Below, in pieces: positions 23,383 through 31,507 of a stretch of DNA of 46,650 nt. The position numbers were made by a program, and so were the translations under genes. The stretch covers positions 1 through 46,650 of IMG/VR virus record IMGVR_UViG_3300042814_000019, one strand, 5' to 3'. Position 1 is the first letter of the stretch; every line of letters starts with the position of its first letter. The notes under the pieces are model-generated. The model searched no databases. It saw only the letters and a program-made list of their open reading frames with translations, and was not told where the DNA came from. This DNA comes from a virus. Taxonomy: Duplodnaviria; Caudoviricetes.

Positions 23383-25454
23383 GCGACGCCGCCGCCGTCC
23401 GCGTGATCCGCCAGGCGCGGGCCGACGGCATCCGTCCGGAGCGCGTGCTCACCGTGTCGCAATGGGCCGACGAGAAGCGACGGCTCCCGAAGAAGTCGAG
23501 CGCGGAGTCCGGGCCCTGGCGCACCGACCGCACGCCGTACCTCCGCGAGATCATGGACAACTTTTCGTCGACGTCCGACGTCGAGGAAACCGTGTTCATG
23601 AAAGCCTCGCAGATCGGCGGGACGGAGGTTCTCCTGAACGCGCTCGGCTACATCATCGATCACGCGCCCGGGCCCGTGATCATCGTGTGGCCGACGGACG
23701 GCACGGCGAAACGGAACTCCCGTCAACGCGTCGGGCCGCTCACGACGGACACGCCCGCGATCGCGGAGAAGGTCGCGCCGGTCAAGTCCCGCGACTCGAC
23801 GAACACCGTCCTCGAGAAGTCGTTCCCCGGCGGGCACCTCGTGATCGCGGGCGCGAACTCCGCGAACGGTTTGAAGTCGATGCCGGCGCAGTACGCGCTC
23901 ATGGACGAACTCGACGGCTGGCCAATCGACGTCGATGAGGAGGGATCGCCGATCGCGCTCGTCGAGGTGCGACAACGCACGTTCTCCCGTCGGAAGCGAC
24001 TCAAGATCTCGTCGCCGTCGATTGCGGGGCGCTCGGCGATCGAGGCCGCGCACGATCGCGGCGATGCGCGCCGGTTCTTCGTCCCGTGTCCGATCTGTTC
24101 AGAATTTCAGGAACTCACGTTCGACCGGATCGTCTGGACGAAGCTCGGACTCCCGCCGGCCGCCGCCGTGTACGAGTGTGCGGGATGCGGCGGGTACATC
24201 CGCAATCATCAAAAAACGGCAATGCTCGCCGCGGGCGAATGGCGCGCGACACACCCGGGCCGCGGCGGCGGGAAGATCCGGAGCTATCACCTCAACGCCC
24301 TGTACGCGCCGGTCGGTTGGATCTCCTGGGGCGAGATCGCCGTCGATTTCGTCGCGAGCGAAAAGGATCCGGAGAAGCTCCGCGTTTTCATCAATACGAT
24401 CTTGGGCCAGGTGTGGACGTCGAAGGGCGAGGCGCCTGAATGGGAATCGCTCTACAACCGGCGCGACACGTACGCGATCGGGACCGTTCCCCGCGGCGCG
24501 CTCGTACTCACGTGCGGCGTCGACGTGCAGAAGGAACGGCTCGTATACGAGGTCGTCGGATGGGGCCGCGGGAAATCCTCATGGTCGATCGACGCGGGCG
24601 AGATCCCCGGCGATCCCGCCGACATGGAACGGGGTCCGTGGGGCGAACTCGAAAAACTGACGGCGCGATTGTTCCCGCACGAAAGCGGGATCGAGATGCC
24701 GATCCGATTGCTCGCGATCGACTCCGGGTATCAGGATCAACCCGTTCACGCGTGGGTCCGGCGCCCGCACTCGACGCAAGTGATCGCCGTGAAGGGTTTC
24801 GAGTACGGCGGCGCGATCATCGGATCACCGAAGCCGGTCGAAGTCATGATCAGCGGGAAGAAACGGAAGCGAGGCGGGCGCGTCTGGCCGGTCAGCACCT
24901 CGATCGCGAAAACGGAATTCTACGGGTTCCTTCGTCTCGAGCGTGAACCGAACAAACCGGATCCCGCCGGCTACGTTCGATATCCGGAGTACGGCGAGGA
25001 GTGGTTCAAACAGATCACCGCGGAGCAACTCACGGCGACGAAAACCCGCCGCGGGTACATCCGGCTCGAGTGGTCGGTCCTCGCCGGTCGCCAGAATCAC
25101 GCGCTCGACTGTCGCGTCTACGCGCGCGCCGCCGCCGCGCTCGCCGGCCTCGACCGGATGAACGACCGCGATTGGGACGCCCGCGAGAAATTCCTGGGAC
25201 TCCACCAAACGCCCGCCGCCGCCGCCGCGGACGCCGCCGCCGACGCTCGAGCGCGCCGCCCTGGCACGCCGCCGGCGCCCGCCCAGGAGGCGGCGACGTC
25301 GAGCTCGACGCCACCCGCCGCGCCGGCGCCGCTCCGCCCGGGACTCCGCCCGCGTCCGGCGCCCGCCGCGCCGCCGACGCCCGCGGCGCCCAGGAAACCG
25401 GCGCCGCCCGCCTGGGTTCCGTCGCGTCCCGGCTGGCTCAAGCCTCGGTCGTAG
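23379..25454 (+). CDS. terL: Terminase large subunit, lambda gpA family
   Basis: GPWRTDRTPYLREIMD; MKASQIGGTE (Walker A); LMDELD (Walker B); CPIC/CAGC; GVDVQ; NHALDC. Confidence 0.97.
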   Translation: MSDAAAVRVIRQARADGIRPERVLTVSQWADEKRRLPKKSSAESGPWRTDRTPYLREIMDNFSSTSDVEETVFMKASQIGGTEVLLNALGYIIDHAPGPVIIVWPTDGTAKRNSRQRVGPLTTDTPAIAEKVAPVKSRDSTNTVLEKSFPGGHLVIAGANSANGLKSMPAQYALMDELDGWPIDVDEEGSPIALVEVRQRTFSRRKRLKISSPSIAGRSAIEAAHDRGDARRFFVPCPICSEFQELTFDRIVWTKLGLPPAAAVYECAGCGGYIRNHQKTAMLAAGEWRATHPGRGGGKIRSYHLNALYAPVGWISWGEIAVDFVASEKDPEKLRVFINTILGQVWTSKGEAPEWESLYNRRDTYAIGTVPRGALVLTCGVDVQKERLVYEVVGWGRGKSSWSIDAGEIPGDPADMERGPWGELEKLTARLFPHESGIEMPIRLLAIDSGYQDQPVHAWVRRPHSTQVIAVKGFEYGGAIIGSPKPVEVMISGKKRKRGGRVWPVSTSIAKTEFYGFLRLEREPNKPDPAGYVRYPEYGEEWFKQITAEQLTATKTRRGYIRLEWSVLAGRQNHALDCRVYARAAAALAGLDRMNDRDWDAREKFLGLHQTPAAAAADAAADARARRPGTPPAPAQEAATSSSTPPAAPAPLRPGLRPRPAPAAPPTPAAPRKPAPPAWVPSRPGWLKPRS

Positions 25455-25491
25455 TGGAGCGGAGTGGAGCAACCCGGGCGGGATTACAAAA

Positions 25492-25509
25492 GTGTTCCAC
25501 GTGGAACAC
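25492..25509. promoter_or_regulatory. parS: parS-type ParB/Spo0J binding palindrome
   Basis: Perfect 18-bp palindrome GTGTTCCACGTGGAACAC whose core matches the bacterial parS consensus TGTTNCACGTGNAACA; intergenic. Confidence 0.85.
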
Positions 25510-25668
25510 GGGCGCCGACGTCGAGCTCCTCGAAACCGGCTCGCCGCCGCGCCAGGCGCGCCGCCTGTAGGCGCCAGGACGCCCGCCCGCCCGTCTGGCC
25601 CTCCCGCCGACGGCGCCGTTCCTGGGGCACGCCAGGCGCCTCGACCGTTTCCGCCGGATCGCCCGCCG

Positions 25669-25677
25669 TGCTATCCT
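25669..25677 (+). promoter_or_regulatory. Possible extended -10 late promoter
   Basis: TG-C-TATCCT upstream of the gpW-like gene; no clear -35. Confidence 0.35.
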
Positions 25678-25691
25678 CCCGATCAAACCTC

Positions 25692-25901
25692 ATGCCGTGG
25701 ACACAGACCGACGCCGACAACCTACGCCGCGCAATCGCCGACGGCCGCGGCGCCCGGTCGATGTCATTCGGCGATCAGACGGTTGTGTTCAACTCGCTCA
25801 AGGAAATGATCGAGCTCCTCGCCATCATGGAAACCGACGCCGCGACGACCGCGGGCACCCGTCGCGCGTACCGTGTGGCCGTCACGAGCAAAGGCGTTTA
25901 G
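25692..25901 (+). CDS. gpW-like head-tail joining protein
   Basis: WTQTD.D.L..AIA.G...F.D.TV.F.S..EM...SKG pattern; position after TerL. Confidence 0.8.
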   Translation: MPWTQTDADNLRRAIADGRGARSMSFGDQTVVFNSLKEMIELLAIMETDAATTAGTRRAYRVAVTSKGV

Positions 25902-25919
25902 AAGGGTTCGCGCCCGCCC

Positions 25920-26654
25920 ATGGCCGCGCCGCTCCTCGCCGCCGTCTACTTCGGATCCGGCGCCGCGGGCGACGATTTCCGCCGCCTGGCGAACGTCCTC
26001 GAGTATTCGGCGCGACGTCACGCGCCGGCCTGGCGCCTCGACGTCCGACACGTTCCGCCCGCGACCGGCTACCGCTCAACGCTCGGCGTTCCCGCTCATG
26101 AGAACAATTCCGCGAAGCTCGATCACTGGCGCGACGTGATCGCGAGCGCCGCCGACGGCGACCGCGTGCTCCTCATCGACGCCGACACGATGATCACCGG
26201 GTCACTCGATGACGCGTGGGATCGCTCGTTTGATCTCGCGTACACGACCGCGGCGGATCGGCTCCCGCTGAACGCCGGCGTCGTGTTCGTGAACGTGTCG
26301 GATCGCTCGCGCGGGTTCCTCGAGCAATGGGCCGCCGTGAACCGGAGTTTCCTCGGCGATGCGAACGCGCTCCGGCCCTGGCGCAATCGGTACGCGGGGA
26401 TCAATCAGGCGGCGCTCGGGTTCATGCTCGAGCGCGCCGGCCACGGATGCCAGGTCGAGCGGCTCGACGGCGTGATCTGGAATTGCGAGGACTCCAATTG
26501 GCGCCGGTTCGATCCCGACGTCACGCGGATCGTTCACGTGAAGTCGGATCTCCGGCGGGCGATCCTCCGCGGGCACTCGCGGCCGGCGCTCGCGAACATC
26601 GTCACCGCCTGGCACGCCGTCGAGGCCAGCGTGAAAGCAGAGGCCAGGACATGA
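25920..26654 (+). CDS. GT-A fold glycosyltransferase (nucleotide-diphospho-sugar transferase)
   Basis: K..W...VLLIDAD (DxD); LNAGVVF; NQAAL; WN; IVHVK. Confidence 0.85.
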   Translation: MAAPLLAAVYFGSGAAGDDFRRLANVLEYSARRHAPAWRLDVRHVPPATGYRSTLGVPAHENNSAKLDHWRDVIASAADGDRVLLIDADTMITGSLDDAWDRSFDLAYTTAADRLPLNAGVVFVNVSDRSRGFLEQWAAVNRSFLGDANALRPWRNRYAGINQAALGFMLERAGHGCQVERLDGVIWNCEDSNWRRFDPDVTRIVHVKSDLRRAILRGHSRPALANIVTAWHAVEASVKAEART

Positions 26655-28309
26655 CGGCGCCGCTCGTGAGCGTGATTATCCCGACGCACAATCACGCGCA
26701 CGTGATCGGCGAGGCGATCGCGAGCGTGCTCGAGCAGACCGTTCCCGTCGAGGTCATCGTGATCGATGACGGCTCGACCGACTCGACGCCCGACGCGCTC
26801 GCCGGCTACACGGACACGCGGGTCCGCTCGATCCGTCAGCAGCAAAGCGGGCCCTCCGCGGCGCGGAACCTCGGGATCGAGATGGCGCGCGGGGCGTTCG
26901 TGATGTTCCTCGACGCCGACGACGTCATCGCGCCGGAGAAGCTCGAGACGCAACTCCGGGCGTTCGATGCGACGGTCGGTTGGGTTCTGTGCGACGTCGA
27001 GATCAGGGACGCCGCCAAGCACCGAACGATCAACGCGTCGGCGCAATACCGATACGACCGGCTCGATCTCGGCGGATGGATCGCGCCGATCCTCCGAAAC
27101 GGGAACGTGATCCCGATCATGTCGCCGCTCGTGCGACGGTCAACGATCGGCGCGCTCCGGTTCGATGATGCAAAGGTTCCGGAGGACTGGTATTTCTGGA
27201 TCGCGATCGCGGAGGCGGCGCGATGCCGGTACGTTCCGGAGGTGCTCGCGACCTATCGACACGGGATCACCGGGCGCTCGCGGCTCCCGAAGTCGGCGCG
27301 CCTGGCGCATCACGGGATCCGCTCGCCGCTCCGGCTCAATCTCGGATGCGGCAACCCGGCGGATCGCTCCTGGCACCCGCTCGACGGGTTCGTGAATCTC
27401 GACAAGGCGCTCGGTTGGAAGTTTGAACACGGCCTCGGCGAATTCGCGAACGGGACCGTCGCGGGGATCACGATCTCGCACGCGCTCATGTACCTCGCGG
27501 CGCCCGCCTGGCCGACGTTCGTCGATGAGCTCGCCCGCGTGCTCGAGCCTGGCGGCGTGGTTCGGATCACGGAGGACGCGACCGACGACCGGCGATCCCG
27601 ATCGTTCGGCGGATGGAAGGGATCGCAACCGGCGATCACGCTCACGACGCCGGCGTTCGTCCGCGAGCACCTGGCGGCCGCGGCGTTCGACGTCGCCGAT
27701 GTCACGCCGGAGGAGACGCGGTTCCGCGACGGCTCGCTCCGGCAACGGTTCCACGGCGATCCGCCTGATGTCTTTTTCGTCGAGGGCGTCAAGCGGAACG
27801 CGATCCTATTCGCGCCGCACGCCGACGACGAGACGCTATTCGCGGCGTTCACCCTGCAACGCGCCCGCCCGCGGATCGTGATCTGTTTTCCGTCCGTGCG
27901 CGACTACGGCGACACGTACCACCGGGCGGAGGAGTCGCGCCAGGCGGCCGCCATCCTGGGCGCCGGGCCCGTCGTGCAATGGCAGGGCGGCGATCTCGCG
28001 GCGCGGATGCGCGAGCTCGTCGAGGCGCACGGCGCGCCGTCGGAAGTGTGGGCGCCGTCGGCGAACGCATCGCACGCGGATCACGTGGCCGTCGCCGCCG
28101 CGGCGCTCGAGGTGTTCGGCGCCGACGTCCGGAGGTACCAGACGTATCAGGGCGAGGAGCGGGTCCGCGAGGGCCGCGAGGTTCCGCCGCCGACGCCCGC
28201 GGCGATCGAGCGGAAGATCCGCGCGCTCGCGTGCTACACCTCGCAACTCACGCACCCGCGGAGCTCGGCGTTCTTTCTCCACGATCAACGGGAGTACGAG
28301 GAATGCTAA
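26651..28309 (+). CDS. Fusion of GT2 glycosyltransferase, SAM methyltransferase and PIG-L/LmbE-type deacetylase
   Basis: VSVIIPTHN, IDDGSTD, SAARNLG, FLDADD, EDW (GT2); LNLGCG...RVLEPGG (MTase); APHADDETL...HADH (PIG-L). Confidence 0.9.
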   Translation: MTAPLVSVIIPTHNHAHVIGEAIASVLEQTVPVEVIVIDDGSTDSTPDALAGYTDTRVRSIRQQQSGPSAARNLGIEMARGAFVMFLDADDVIAPEKLETQLRAFDATVGWVLCDVEIRDAAKHRTINASAQYRYDRLDLGGWIAPILRNGNVIPIMSPLVRRSTIGALRFDDAKVPEDWYFWIAIAEAARCRYVPEVLATYRHGITGRSRLPKSARLAHHGIRSPLRLNLGCGNPADRSWHPLDGFVNLDKALGWKFEHGLGEFANGTVAGITISHALMYLAAPAWPTFVDELARVLEPGGVVRITEDATDDRRSRSFGGWKGSQPAITLTTPAFVREHLAAAAFDVADVTPEETRFRDGSLRQRFHGDPPDVFFVEGVKRNAILFAPHADDETLFAAFTLQRARPRIVICFPSVRDYGDTYHRAEESRQAAAILGAGPVVQWQGGDLAARMRELVEAHGAPSEVWAPSANASHADHVAVAAAALEVFGADVRRYQTYQGEERVREGREVPPPTPAAIERKIRALACYTSQLTHPRSSAFFLHDQREYEEC

Positions 28310-29007
28310 CGGTCCTAACGTGGAAGTGGGGCGCGAAGTTTTCCGCCCGTCACGTGAACACGCTCCGCTCGATGCTCGCGCGCCGGCTCGCGCTCGAGCA
28401 CCGCGTCGTGTGCGTCACGGATGACGCCGCGGGGATCGACTCCGACGTCGAGACGATCCCGCTCCCTGGTCGACACTCCGACTCGCCGCGATGCCGTCGC
28501 CGTATGCGGGCGTTCGATGCGACGTGGGCCCGCGGGATCGGCGAGCGGATCCTCGCGCTCGATCTCGACGTCGTGATCACCGACGATCTCACGCCGGTCG
28601 TCGACCGTCCGGATCCGCTCGTGTGCTGGCGCGTCGGGTACGCGGGCGTGTTCTCCGGCTCCGTGATCCTGATGAACGCCGGCGTCCTCGATCCGCTGTG
28701 GCGGGCGTTCGACAAGGATCCCGCCGGCTACGCCAGGCGCGCCTCGCCGCGCGGCGTCGGCAGCGATCAGGCGATGCTCAATTTCTACTTGGGGCAATCG
28801 ACGACGAAGCTCCGGCCCGGCGTGTGGACGGAGGCCGACGGGTTCGTGACGTTCTTCGGCGCGGGATACGAACGGCTCGAGCGCCGCGGCGTAGGGCCTG
28901 GGAATCCGAAGCTCCCGCCAGGCGCGCGGATCGTCGTCCTGGGGAGTGATGATCTCTACGTGCTCGAGCAGGGCGAGCACTATCCATGGATCAGCGAATG
29001 GCGATAG
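28303..29007 (+). CDS. GT-A fold glycosyltransferase-like protein
   Basis: KWG.KF...V..L..M; VCVTDD; LDLDVVI (DxD); SDQ. Confidence 0.8.
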   Translation: MLTVLTWKWGAKFSARHVNTLRSMLARRLALEHRVVCVTDDAAGIDSDVETIPLPGRHSDSPRCRRRMRAFDATWARGIGERILALDLDVVITDDLTPVVDRPDPLVCWRVGYAGVFSGSVILMNAGVLDPLWRAFDKDPAGYARRASPRGVGSDQAMLNFYLGQSTTKLRPGVWTEADGFVTFFGAGYERLERRGVGPGNPKLPPGARIVVLGSDDLYVLEQGEHYPWISEWR

Positions 29008-29624
29008 AGCTCGTGACGTTCGTTCCGTTCGATCTCGAGGCAAACCTGGGGCGCGCCTACAATCACGCGATGGCGCTCCTCCCGCCGGACGCCTGGGCGG
29101 TTCTGTTCGATCACGACGCGATGCCGACGACGCGGGAATGGTACCGGCAGATCACCGAAGTGATCGAGCACCGGCCCGACGTCGGACTACTCACGGCGAC
29201 GACGAACCGGATCGCGTCGCCGTGGCAGCGCGCCGCGGAGTCCGATCTGAACAATCACGACATGGCGTATCACCGGAAGCTCGGCGCCGCGCGCCTCGAG
29301 CGCCGGACGCTCCTCGACGTCACCGACACGAAGGGCCTCGGCGGCGTGCTCATGGTGCTGTCGAGGCGAACCTGGGAACGCGTCGGCGGGTTCGTCGACG
29401 GAATGCTCTGTGTCGATCACATGATGCACTTCGCCGTCGCGCGCGCAGGCCTCAGGGTCTACGTCGTCGATAGTCTGTACGTCTACCATTGGCGCCGCGC
29501 ACACGGCGACGAACTCCCGGCCAGCGTGCCAAAGGCCAAACGCTGTCCATGTCGAGGGCCTGAACCGACGCCGACGCGGCGGATCCCGATCGTTCCGGAA
29601 GGGGCAACGAATGAGACTCGATAG
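28998..29624 (+). CDS. GT2-like glycosyltransferase
   Basis: NLGRAYN; FDHDA (DxD); W..VGGF; VD; YVYH. Confidence 0.8.
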   Translation: MAIELVTFVPFDLEANLGRAYNHAMALLPPDAWAVLFDHDAMPTTREWYRQITEVIEHRPDVGLLTATTNRIASPWQRAAESDLNNHDMAYHRKLGAARLERRTLLDVTDTKGLGGVLMVLSRRTWERVGGFVDGMLCVDHMMHFAVARAGLRVYVVDSLYVYHWRRAHGDELPASVPKAKRCPCRGPEPTPTRRIPIVPEGATNETR

Positions 29625-31200
29625 AATCGATCCCGAACCCGCTCGGCGGCGCCGCACGTTCGGCGATCACCTCGACACGATCACCGCGCCGATCGCGCCG
29701 CGATGGACGCTGAACCGGCAGCGCGCCCGCTACGCCGGCGAGATTCTCAAGCGACATTACGAGGGCGCCGCGACGACGGCGCGGACGCAGAATTGGCGCA
29801 AGCCTGGGACCGATGCGAACGCCGCCGTCGGTCCCGCGGCGGCGAACCTCCGGAACGCCGTCCGCGATCTCATTCGCAACAATCCGTACGCCGCCGCGTC
29901 GCTCGCGTCGATCGTGAACGAGGCGATCGGTTGGGGGATCGTGGCGGAGTCGCCGAACGCCCGGGCGATGAAACTCTGGCGGAAGTGGGCGGAGTCGAAG
30001 GCGTGCGACGCGAACGGCGTTCACGATATCTACGGACTGCAAAAGCTCGTCCTCCGTGCGACCGCGCAGGATGGCGAGGTGCTCGTTCGTCGGCGGTTCC
30101 GGCTCCCGTCCGACGGACTCCCGATCCCCGTGCAATTGCAAGTCCTCGAGATCGATCACCTCGACACGACGAAGGATCAGATCACGACGCCGAACGGCGG
30201 GCAGATCGTTCAAGGGATCGAGTTTTCCCCGATTGGCGAGCGGGTCGCGTACTGGCTGTTCAAGGAACACCCGGGCAGCATCCGCGGATCGTACGCGCCG
30301 TCGGTTCGGATCCCGGCGGAGGGCGTGCGTCACATATTCCGCGGCGAACGTCCCGGCCAGGTGCGCGCCGTCTCGTGGTACGCGCCCTCGCTCCTCGCGT
30401 GGAAGGATCTCGACGACTACGACGACGCGACGCTCGTGAAGCAAAAGATCGCGGCGTGCCTGGCCGTGTTCGTGCGCGACGATCTCGACGGCGGCGGCGC
30501 GCCGCTCGGCGAACCGAACGACGTCCCGACGCCGGCGATCGACACGCTCACGCCCGGAATGGTGCAGAACCTCCCGGCCGGTCGTCAGATCTCCGTCGTC
30601 GAGCCTCCGCGCGTGAACGATTTCGGCGAGTACATGGATCGAAAGCTCCGCGGACTCGCGAGCGGGCTCCGGGTTCTGTTCTCGAGCATGACCGGGGATT
30701 TCCGCGATCTCTCGTTCTCGGCCGCCAGGATGGAGCGGATCGCGCATCAACCCGACGTCGACGACAACCGATGGCGTCTCCTGATCCCTGGGTTCTGTGA
30801 TCCGGCCTGGGAGTGGGCGATGACGGCGGCCGCGATCGCCGGACTCCTCCCGTCGGCGGAGGTTCCCGACGTCGAGTGGACGCCGCCGCCGCTCGCGTTC
30901 ATCGATCCGGCGAGCGAGGGCCTCGCGATCCTCCGGAACGTGCGCGCAGGGATCACGACGATGCAGGAGGAGCTCCGCGCCCGCGGATTGAACCCGGTCA
31001 AAGTGATCGGGGAAATGAAGGCGTGGAACGCGCTCCTCGACAAGGCCGGCGTCGTGCTCGACAGCGATCCGCGTCGGATGACTCAGGCGGGCATGGCGCA
31101 AAGCGCGATCACGCCCGCGGCGCCGGCTACGCCCGCGGCGCCCGCGGAACCGGCGGCGCCGTCGGAACCCGCGGCGGAGGGCGACGGGGAGGACACGTAA
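29611..31200 (+). CDS. Portal protein, lambda family
   Basis: RDLIRNNPYA; DGEV; VQGIEF...GERVAYW; RPGQVR; SFSAAR; IDP..E. Confidence 0.95.
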   Translation: MRLDRIDPEPARRRRTFGDHLDTITAPIAPRWTLNRQRARYAGEILKRHYEGAATTARTQNWRKPGTDANAAVGPAAANLRNAVRDLIRNNPYAAASLASIVNEAIGWGIVAESPNARAMKLWRKWAESKACDANGVHDIYGLQKLVLRATAQDGEVLVRRRFRLPSDGLPIPVQLQVLEIDHLDTTKDQITTPNGGQIVQGIEFSPIGERVAYWLFKEHPGSIRGSYAPSVRIPAEGVRHIFRGERPGQVRAVSWYAPSLLAWKDLDDYDDATLVKQKIAACLAVFVRDDLDGGGAPLGEPNDVPTPAIDTLTPGMVQNLPAGRQISVVEPPRVNDFGEYMDRKLRGLASGLRVLFSSMTGDFRDLSFSAARMERIAHQPDVDDNRWRLLIPGFCDPAWEWAMTAAAIAGLLPSAEVPDVEWTPPPLAFIDPASEGLAILRNVRAGITTMQEELRARGLNPVKVIGEMKAWNALLDKAGVVLDSDPRRMTQAGMAQSAITPAAPATPAAPAEPAAPSEPAAEGDGEDT

Positions 31201-31204
31201 CGTC

Positions 31205-31435
31205 ATGGGCGACGACCGGATCGTTCAGTGGCCGGATGATCGTCCGCACCGTCGAGGGGCGCCGTCGCTCGAGGCCGCCGTCTCGCCGGCGTGGCTCGCG
31301 TCTCGATGGGGCGTGAACGTGCAAACGATCTACCGCGACATCCGGAAGGGCGCCCTCCGCGCCTACCGGCTCCCGGGCGGAGATCTTCGCATCCGGATCC
31401 GCGATGCGCGCTCGTACGGAAAGCCGGTCGAGTGA
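31205..31435 (+). CDS. Excisionase/MerR-like winged-HTH DNA-binding protein
   Basis: SPAWLASRWGVNVQTIYRDIRKGALRAYRLPGGDLRI. Confidence 0.8.
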   Translation: MGDDRIVQWPDDRPHRRGAPSLEAAVSPAWLASRWGVNVQTIYRDIRKGALRAYRLPGGDLRIRIRDARSYGKPVE

Positions 31436-31507
31436 CTGGCTTTTCGTGATCGTTCGCGGCGGTAGTCACTAGACGCCGCCGCGGCCCCTCCGGCATCCTG
31501 TCGCATC

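Noticed and set aside
6553-29624. 5mC-based DNA glycosylation pathway linking the C5 MTase to the glycosyltransferases
   Set aside because: No TET/JBP dioxygenase or hydroxymethylase recognised, and the GTs lie in the late head operon; not excluded if an unannotated gene supplies the activity
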